Positions 52,875 to 59,622 of a DNA stretch of 59,622 nt are shown piece by piece. The notes beneath the pieces are model-generated. The model was not told the origin of the DNA and searched no databases. It saw only the letters and a list, made by a program, of their open reading frames with translations. Location: assembly GCA_028871575.1 (NCBI GenBank), contig JAGWMW010000001.1, forward strand, positions 1 to 59,622. The letters are read 5' to 3'. Origin of the DNA: Burkholderiales bacterium (GTDB lineage: Bacteria; Pseudomonadota; Gammaproteobacteria; Burkholderiales; Burkholderiaceae_C). Numbering within the stretch: the stretch's first letter is position 1; each line of letters opens with the position of its first letter. A program made the translations under genes and the position numbers.

Positions 52875-54011
52875 ATGCCGCATCACCTCCGCCCGGTCCG
52901 CGCCCTGTGGGTGCTGGCCCTGACCTTCGCGGCCCTGGTCGCCGCGGTGCCCGGCCCGGCACGCGCCCAGGCCCCCGAGCCCAAGGTGCTGAACATCTAC
53001 AACTGGTCCGACTACATCGCCGACGACACGATCAAGAACTTCGAGAAAGAGACCGGCATCAAGGTCCGCTACGACAACTACGACAACAACGAGATCCTGC
53101 AAGCCAAGCTGCTGGCCGGCCACACCGGCTACGACATCGTGGTGCCGAGCGCGCAGTTCGCCAAGCTGCAGATCAAGGCCGGGCTGTTCCGCAAGCTCGA
53201 CCGCTCGCTGCTGCCGAACTGGAAGTACCTCGATCCGGCGCTGCTGGCCAAGCTGGACGCCGTGGACCCCGGCAACCAGTACCTGGTCGACTGGCTCTGG
53301 GGCTACATCACGGTGGGCATCAACACCGCCAAGGTGAAGGCGGCGCTCGCCGGCCAGCCGATGCCGGCCAACCCCTGGGACCTGATCTTCGACCCCGCCT
53401 ACGCCAGCAAGCTCAAGGCCTGCGGCATCAACCTGCTCGACTCGGCCTCGGAGGTGATGCCGGTGGCCATGATCTACGCCGGCAAGCCGCCCTACAGCAC
53501 GCAGGCCGGCGACTACAACGCCGCGCGCGCGGTGCTGGCCAAGGCGCGGCCCTACATCACGCGCTTCTCGTCCTCGGGCTACATCAACGACCTGGCCGCG
53601 GGGCAGCTGTGCGTGGTGATGGGCTACTCGGGCGACATCAACATCGCCCGCCAGCGCGCCATCGACGACAAGAGCGGGCAGGACATCCAGGCCCTGGTGC
53701 CCGACCGCGGCGCGACGCTGTTCTTCGACACGATGGCGATCCCCGCGGACGCCCAGCACCCGCGCAACGCGCACCTGTTCATCAACTACATCCTGCGCCC
53801 CGAGGTCGACGCCAGCCTGACCAACAAGGTCTTCTACGCCAACCCCAATCTGGCGGCCCGCAAGTACGTCAAGAAGTCGGTGGCGGACAATCCGACCGTG
53901 TTCCTCACGCCGGCCGAGCTGGCCAAGATGACCGTGCCCGACGCCGTGCCGCAAGACATCCGCCGCGTGCAGACGCGCATCTTCACCGCCTTCAAGGCGG
54001 GGCTGAACTGA
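52875..54011 (+). CDS. potF: Polyamine ABC substrate-binding protein (PotF/SpuD-like), orphan
   Basis: LNIYNWSDYI, FEKETGIKV, GYDIVVPS, YSGD, FINYILRPEV. Confidence 0.88.
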   Translation: MPHHLRPVRALWVLALTFAALVAAVPGPARAQAPEPKVLNIYNWSDYIADDTIKNFEKETGIKVRYDNYDNNEILQAKLLAGHTGYDIVVPSAQFAKLQIKAGLFRKLDRSLLPNWKYLDPALLAKLDAVDPGNQYLVDWLWGYITVGINTAKVKAALAGQPMPANPWDLIFDPAYASKLKACGINLLDSASEVMPVAMIYAGKPPYSTQAGDYNAARAVLAKARPYITRFSSSGYINDLAAGQLCVVMGYSGDINIARQRAIDDKSGQDIQALVPDRGATLFFDTMAIPADAQHPRNAHLFINYILRPEVDASLTNKVFYANPNLAARKYVKKSVADNPTVFLTPAELAKMTVPDAVPQDIRRVQTRIFTAFKAGLN

Positions 54012-54016
54012 ACGCC

Positions 54017-54439
54017 ATGGTCAAGCGGCTGCTGCTGGTGCTGTGCGGGTTGGCCCTGCTGACGGCCCTGTACTTCTGGGTCGTGCTGCACTGGAGCTAT
54101 TCCACCGGCGAGCGCGCCGGCTGGGTGCAGAAGCTTTCGCACAAGGGCTGGCTGTGCAAGACCTGGGAAGGCGAGCTCGCGCTGGTCTCGCTGCCGGGCA
54201 CCACGCCCGAGAAATTCGCCTTCACGATCAGCGACGACGCGACGGCGCAGGAAGTGGTCAAGGCCATGGGCCGCCGCGTGAGCCTGCACTACGAGCAGAA
54301 GGTGGGCCTGCCCGGCAGCTGCTTCGGCGACACGCGCTACTACATCACCGGCGTCAAGGTCAGCGACGAGATCCCGCTCGCGCCGGGGGTGATGGTGCCG
54401 ACGGCCCCGGCCTCGGCCGCCGCCCCGGCGCCGCGCTGA
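54017..54439 (+). CDS. Hypothetical membrane-anchored protein
   Basis: N-terminal TM; YSTGERAGWVQKLSHKGWLCKTWEGEL; coding-like codon usage; 5 nt after potF. Confidence 0.78.
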   Translation: MVKRLLLVLCGLALLTALYFWVVLHWSYSTGERAGWVQKLSHKGWLCKTWEGELALVSLPGTTPEKFAFTISDDATAQEVVKAMGRRVSLHYEQKVGLPGSCFGDTRYYITGVKVSDEIPLAPGVMVPTAPASAAAPAPR

Positions 54440-54476
54440 GGCGGCGGCCGGTCGCGGCCGATCGGCCCCGGGGCGC

Positions 54477-56174
54477 TCAGACGCCGTACCAGATCACCTT
54501 CTGGCGCATCGCCACCCAGCGGTCGTAGTTCTTCGCGAACAGGTCCTCGATCCGGTTGCGCTTGACCTTGAAGGTGGGCGTGATGATGTCGTTGTCCACC
54601 GTCCAGGCGTCGACCATCGCCACCAGGCAGTCGAGTTGCTCGTGCGGGTCCAGCGTCTCGTTGATGCGCGCCAGGTGGGCCGCCAGCGACGCCTCCAGCG
54701 CCGCTCGGCCCGCGGGGTCGCGGGCCTTGTGCGCCGCCTCGGCGTTGAGCATCACCAGCGCCAGCGGCTGGCCGAGGTTGGCGCCGGTCACGCAGCAGGC
54801 CTCGATGGCCTCGTGCATGACCAGCCGGTCCTCGATCGGGGCCGGGGCCACGTACTTGCCCTTGCTGGTCTTGAAGAGGTCCTTCACGCGCCCGGTGATG
54901 CGCAGATTGCCCTCGCCATCCAGCGCACCCTTGTCGCCGGTCTTCAGCCAGCCGTCGGCGGTGAGGGTCTGCGCCGTCAGCTCGGGCTGCTGGAAGTAGC
55001 CCAGCATCACGCAGGGTGCACGCACCTGGATCTCGCTGCTGACGGGGTCGAGCCGGCATTCGACGCCGTCGTAGGCCTGGCCCACCGTCCCCGGCCGCTG
55101 ACGGCCGGGCAGCGTGGCATGGCTGACGCCGCAGTTCTCGGTCATGCCGTAGACCTCGACCAGGTCCAGCCCCAGGCGGTCGTACCAGCGCAGCAGCTCG
55201 GGCGGCATCGGCGCCGCGCCGCCGGCGGCGAACAGGCACTCCTGCAGGCCCAGCGCGCCGAGCACCTTCTTGCGCACGATGCCGCGCAGGACCGGGATCT
55301 TGAGCAGCCGGTCGAGCTTGGCCGGCGGCATCTTGGCGTTCACGCCCTGCTGGAACTTGACCCACAGCCGCGGCACCGAGAAGAAGACCGTCGGGCGCGC
55401 GCGCTGCAGGTCGGCGGTGAAGGTATCCAGGCTCTCGGCGAAATACACCCGCATGCCGGTGGCCAGCAGCCCATGCTCGACCAGCGTGCGCTCGGCCACG
55501 TGCGACAGCGGCAGGTAGCTCAGCATGCGCGCGTTCTGGTTCAGCGCCGGCACCCGCTTCAGCCCGGCCTGCACCCCCCAGGCGAAGGTGCCGAAGCTGT
55601 GCATCACGCCCTTGGGCGCGCCCGTGGTGCCCGAGGTGTACATGATGGTCGACAGGTCGTCCGCAGCCCGCAGCGGCTGGCCCGCCAGCGGCGCGGTGCG
55701 GGCCGTGATGTCGTCCCAGCCGGGATAGCTGCGCGCCACGTCGGGCGGCGCCAGTGGCAGGCCGATGCAGGGCAGCCCGGCCGGCACGCCCGGCTTCATG
55801 GCCTCCCAGCCGTCGAGCTTGCCCACGAACAGCAGCCGCGCGCCGCTGTGCTGCAGGATCTGCCGGATCGTGCCGGCGGCCAGCGTGGGGTACAGCGGCA
55901 CCGAGACGTAGCCCGCGAGCCAGATCGCGAAGTCGCTCATCAGCCAGTGCGCGGTGTTCTTCGACAGCAGCGCCACCCGGTCGCCCGGCTGCAGGCCCAG
56001 GCTCTGCAGATTCGCGGCCATGCGCCGGCACTGGTCCATCAACTCGCGCCAGGTGTAGTCGCGCAGGGCCCCTCCGCCCAGCGGCTGGGTGAGGGCGATG
56101 CGCTCGGGTGCCGTGGCCTCCCAGTGGTACAGGCGCTGCAGGGCCAGCGCGTCGGAGGCAACCGTGGTGGTCAT
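54477..56174 (-). CDS. AMP-binding long-chain acyl-CoA synthetase
   Basis: YTSGTTGAPKG, YLPLSH, YGMTE, TGD, TGRVKDLFK, TPTFKVKR. Confidence 0.93.
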   Translation of the reverse strand: MTTTVASDALALQRLYHWEATAPERIALTQPLGGGALRDYTWRELMDQCRRMAANLQSLGLQPGDRVALLSKNTAHWLMSDFAIWLAGYVSVPLYPTLAAGTIRQILQHSGARLLFVGKLDGWEAMKPGVPAGLPCIGLPLAPPDVARSYPGWDDITARTAPLAGQPLRAADDLSTIMYTSGTTGAPKGVMHSFGTFAWGVQAGLKRVPALNQNARMLSYLPLSHVAERTLVEHGLLATGMRVYFAESLDTFTADLQRARPTVFFSVPRLWVKFQQGVNAKMPPAKLDRLLKIPVLRGIVRKKVLGALGLQECLFAAGGAAPMPPELLRWYDRLGLDLVEVYGMTENCGVSHATLPGRQRPGTVGQAYDGVECRLDPVSSEIQVRAPCVMLGYFQQPELTAQTLTADGWLKTGDKGALDGEGNLRITGRVKDLFKTSKGKYVAPAPIEDRLVMHEAIEACCVTGANLGQPLALVMLNAEAAHKARDPAGRAALEASLAAHLARINETLDPHEQLDCLVAMVDAWTVDNDIITPTFKVKRNRIEDLFAKNYDRWVAMRQKVIWYGV

Positions 56175-56315
56175 GAACTGAGGGGCCGGCTGGGCCGGCG
56201 TTGAGCAACGGGCCTGCAGACTACCCAAGCGGCGCCGCGGCCGGCAGCAGGACTTCCCGAACGCACCCCGAAAGAGGGTGCCCGCCGCAGGCGCAGCGCC
56301 GGCGACCCGCCGGGA

Positions 56316-57137
56316 TCAGGCCCGGCCCTGCTGCTGCGCCTGCGCCAGCTGATCGTGCGTCTGGCGCGCCGCCCGCAGCACCAGGGTCGGGTCGAGGCCG
56401 GCCTGCGCGGCCATGGTCGCGGCCACCTCGTCCAGCGACTGTGGCGCCACCGTCAACGCATGCGCCAGCACCGACAGCGCGCAGATGGCGCGCGGCCCCG
56501 TGCCCTCGGGCAGCGGCCCGCCGGCCTGGGCGGCCACATGGTGCCGCACGCTGGCCACCGCCGCCGCGCCCAGGCCCCAGGTCTCGCACAGGGCGGCGCC
56601 CAGCGCGTCGTGGCTGACGCCGAAGCCGGTGCGCTCAAGCGTCACCAGTTCGGGGTCGGCCGGCGCGGCGCGCAGCATCGCCCCGTAATGCGTCGGCGAA
56701 TGGCGGAACAGCACCGCCTTGCCGCACTCCTCGAACAGGCCGGCCGAATGCGCCGCCCAGGCGTCCAGCGCCAGCCGGCTGCCCAGCCGGCCCATCAGCA
56801 GGCCGCGCCGCGCGGCGCGCTGCCACACCGGCTCGAGCTCGGGGGCGGGCGGGAAGGCGGCGCGCAGGCCCATCTCGAAGGTGATCGCCGCCACCTCGCG
56901 CATGCCCAGGTAGGTGATGGCCTGCTGCACGCTCTGCACCCGCCCCTTCAGGCCGTAGAGCGAGGAGTTGACGGCCTTCAGCACGGCCGCAGCCAGTGCC
57001 ATGTCGGTCTCGATCAGGCTGGCCGCGGCCTGCAGGTTGATGTCGTCCTCGGCCAGCAGCAGCGACAGCTGCACCAGGGCCTGGGGCTGCGCGGGGATGT
57101 CGATGTCCAGGGCGCGCAGTTCGGGGGCGACGGGCAT
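56316..57137 (-). CDS. HDOD domain protein
   Basis: D.ALAA.VLK.VNS..YG, SVQQAI..LG, AGLFEECGK, SH..LG..L...WGL. Confidence 0.88.
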   Translation of the reverse strand: MPVAPELRALDIDIPAQPQALVQLSLLLAEDDINLQAAASLIETDMALAAAVLKAVNSSLYGLKGRVQSVQQAITYLGMREVAAITFEMGLRAAFPPAPELEPVWQRAARRGLLMGRLGSRLALDAWAAHSAGLFEECGKAVLFRHSPTHYGAMLRAAPADPELVTLERTGFGVSHDALGAALCETWGLGAAAVASVRHHVAAQAGGPLPEGTGPRAICALSVLAHALTVAPQSLDEVAATMAAQAGLDPTLVLRAARQTHDQLAQAQQQGRA

Positions 57138-57227
57138 GGCGGTGCAGGATCGGAGCAGCGAAGCCGGGATGGTAGGCCGCGCCCCGTGCCGGCGGCGTAT
57201 CCAAGCGTGCGAACCCGGGCCGGCCAC

Positions 57228-57253
57228 AAAAAAGCGCCGACGCTGCGGCGCTT
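57228..57253 (-). terminator. Intrinsic terminator (minus strand)
   Basis: AAGCGCCG-N6-CGGCGCTT followed by T-tract. Confidence 0.7.
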
Positions 57254-57414
57254 CGAAAGCCGGCCCATCGTGGCGGGGCCGGTCTGCCATGCTGGCTCGG
57301 ATTGGTGTCTGGTGTCTCCTCAGGCCCCCGCGGGGCGAGGGGTCGCTGGGACAGCCGACCGCTCGCCACGAGTGCGCGCACTATGCGCAGGGGCGGTGCG
57401 GCCGGCCATCGGGG

Positions 57415-59058
57415 CTAACCCGTCGCGCCGGCGATCCAGGCGGCGGCCCGCTCGGCGATCATCAGCGTCGGCGAATTCGTGTTGCCACTGGTGATGGTGG
57501 GCATCACGCTGGCGTCGGCCACGCGCAGTCCGGCCAGCCCCTGCACCGCGAGCCGCGGGCCGACCACCGCCCCGGGCTCGCCCTCCCGGCCCATGCGGCA
57601 GGTGCCCACGGGGTGGAAGATGGTGGTGCCGATGTCGCCGGCCAGGCGCGCGAGTTCTTCGTCGCTCTGGTAGGCGGGGCCGGGCTTGATCTCGCGCGGC
57701 CTCAGGTGCGCCAGGGCCGGCATGCCGACGATGCGCCGCGTCAGCCGCAGCGACGCGGCCGCCACGAGCCGGTCCTCGGGCGTGGAGAGATAGCGAGGCC
57801 GGATCGCCGGGGCGTCCTCGGCCCGCGGCGAGCGGATCTGCACCTGCCCGCGCGAGCCGGGGTTGAGGTGGCAGACGCTGGCCGTGAAGGCGTCGAAGCG
57901 GTGCAGCGGCTGGCCGAAGGCGTCCAGCGACAGCGGCTGCACGTGGTACTGCAGGTCGGGCCAGGGCTGCTGCGGCGACGAGCGGGCGAATGCGCCCAGC
58001 TGCGATGGCGCCATGCTCATCGGGCCGCTGCGCCGCCACAGGTATTCCAGCGCAATGGCCGCCTTGCCCCAGGTCGAGTGGGCCAGCGTGTTCAGCGTCT
58101 TCACGCCCTCGACGGCGAACACGGCGCGGATCTGCAGGTGGTCCTGCAGGTTCTCGCCCACGCCCGGCAGCTCGTGGACGACGGCGATGCCGTGCTGCTG
58201 CAGCAGCGCGCCCGGCCCCACGCCCGAGAGCTGCAGCAGCTGCGGCGTGCCGATGGCGCCGGCGCAGAGGATCACCTCGCGCGCCGCGCGCACGGCCTGC
58301 GGCTCGCCGCCGCGGGTCGGCTGCACCTCGATGCCGACCGCCCGCCGGCCCTCGAACAGCACGCGCCGGGTGCGGGTGCCGGTGCGCACCTCGAGGTTGG
58401 GCCGGCCTGCCGCCGGGCGCAGGAAGGCCTTGGACGCGTTCCAGCGCACGCCTCGGCGCTGGTTGACCTCGAAATAGCCCACGCCCTCGTTGCAGCCGCG
58501 GTTGAAATCGTCGCTGGCGGGCAGCCCGGCCTGCCGCGCGGCGGCGGCGAAGGCGTCGAGCACCTCCCAGCGCAGTCGCTGCCGCTCCACGCGCCACTCG
58601 CCGCCGTGGCCGTGGAAGGCCTCGAAATCGGCCGGCGGGCCGGCGTCGCCGCGCCAGTGATCCTCGTGGCGCCTGAAGTACGGCAGGCAGGCCTGCCAGC
58701 GCCAGGCGGGGTCGCCGGTGAGCGCCGCCCAGCCGTCGTAGTCGCGCGCTTGCCCGCGCATGTAGATCATGCCGTTGATGCTCGAGCTGCCGCCCAGCAC
58801 CCGCCCGCGCGGGTAGCGCAGGCTGCGCCCGTTCAGGCCCGGGTCGGGCTCGGTGCTGTAGAGCCAGTCGGTGCGCGGGTTGCCGATGCAGTAGAGGTAG
58901 CCCACCGGGATGTGGATCCAGGCGTAGTTGTCGCGTCCGCCGGCCTCCACCAGCAGCACGCGGCAGGCCGGGTCGGCCGACAGCCGGTTGGCCAGCAGGC
59001 AGCCGGCCGTGCCGGCGCCGACGATCACGTAGTCGAAGGCAGGCGTCGTCGGGTTCAT
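57415..59058 (-). CDS. GMC family oxidoreductase (choline dehydrogenase-like)
   Basis: DYVIVGAGTAG, GRVLGGSSSING, VGENLQDH, FHPVGTCRMG, SGNTN. Confidence 0.94.
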   Translation of the reverse strand: MNPTTPAFDYVIVGAGTAGCLLANRLSADPACRVLLVEAGGRDNYAWIHIPVGYLYCIGNPRTDWLYSTEPDPGLNGRSLRYPRGRVLGGSSSINGMIYMRGQARDYDGWAALTGDPAWRWQACLPYFRRHEDHWRGDAGPPADFEAFHGHGGEWRVERQRLRWEVLDAFAAAARQAGLPASDDFNRGCNEGVGYFEVNQRRGVRWNASKAFLRPAAGRPNLEVRTGTRTRRVLFEGRRAVGIEVQPTRGGEPQAVRAAREVILCAGAIGTPQLLQLSGVGPGALLQQHGIAVVHELPGVGENLQDHLQIRAVFAVEGVKTLNTLAHSTWGKAAIALEYLWRRSGPMSMAPSQLGAFARSSPQQPWPDLQYHVQPLSLDAFGQPLHRFDAFTASVCHLNPGSRGQVQIRSPRAEDAPAIRPRYLSTPEDRLVAAASLRLTRRIVGMPALAHLRPREIKPGPAYQSDEELARLAGDIGTTIFHPVGTCRMGREGEPGAVVGPRLAVQGLAGLRVADASVMPTITSGNTNSPTLMIAERAAAWIAGATG

Positions 59059-59267
59059 CGGGATTCGCCAGGGGCGGGCGCGCCAGGTCGGCCGACGCGG
59101 GTTTTCTCGGGGGCGCCAAAACAACATTTTCTGGCGCGCGGCTTTACAGGGTGACCGCAGCAGTGCGCTAATACGGAGTCTGTGTCTGGCAGCCGCACCT
59201 TTCGCCTGATTGGTTCACGCAGGGTTGAGCTCCACATGGTTTTGACAGGTACTTTCGAGGGCTCCCC

Positions 59268-59622
59268 GTGGGAAACAAACTTTACGTCGGTAATCTGGCC
59301 TATTCGGTGCGCGACGATTCGCTGCTCCAGGCCTTTTCGCAGTTCGGCAACGTCGCTTCGGCCAAGGTCATGATGGACCGCGAGACCGGCCGCTCCAAGG
59401 GCTTCGGCTTCGTCGAGATGGGCTCGGACGCCGAGGCCCAGGCCGCCATCAACGGCATGAACGGCCAGCCGATCGACGGCCGCGCCGTCGTCGTCAACGA
59501 GGCGCGCCCGCGTGAAGACCGCCCGGGCGGCTTCGGCGGTGGCGGCGGCGCCAGCCGCGGCGGCTACGGCGGCGGTGGTGGCGGCGGCTACGGGGGGGGC
59601 GGCGGTGGTGCCGGCGGCGGCG
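59268..59622 (+). CDS. RRM (RNP) RNA-binding protein with Gly-rich tail, truncated by the window edge
   Basis: GTG after GAGG; RNP2 LYVGNL, RNP1 KGFGFVEM, VNEARPRE, GGY repeats. Confidence 0.93.
   Translation, partial: MGNKLYVGNLAYSVRDDSLLQAFSQFGNVASAKVMMDRETGRSKGFGFVEMGSDAEAQAAINGMNGQPIDGRAVVVNEARPREDRPGGFGGGGGASRGGYGGGGGGGYGGGGGGAGGG

Noticed and set aside
59530-59622. GGC-rich repeat at the right edge
   Set aside because: Ordinary Gly-rich tail of the RRM protein

Overview
High-GC betaproteobacterial chromosome segment with Burkholderiales-like gene content. It lies near the replication origin (mnmG-rsmG-parA, parB and two parS palindromes); no integrase, transposase or CRISPR array is visible. 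Main candidate system (36.1-41.1 kb): a LuxR solo with no luxI in the window and a W-to-Y change in its ligand pocket; a 53-aa double-glycine precursor below the ORF-track cutoff (RaxX-like leader, predicted core ASVPEPLPRVG); an HlyD adaptor; an intact C39-peptidase ABC exporter; and a divergent DUF4902-like gene. Two related lux boxes precede the two outputs, suggesting a LuxR-controlled secreted-peptide system in a Gram-negative bacterium. Second, four promoters share one exact four-box operator geometry (two more match partly), linking a TonB receptor, two YncE-like propellers, a NitT/TauT ABC importer and a small HhH protein to a divergent OmpR-family two-component pair. Also present: a Phe/Trp leader-peptide attenuator upstream of aroG, a giant dual-lipase/CHAT/TPR-like protein, two candidate sRNAs, a membrane-anchored BRO-N-like protein beside parB, REP-like repeats, PEP-CTERM genes and the prkA-yeaH-spoVR operon. 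All family calls are by motif recognition; no searches were run.
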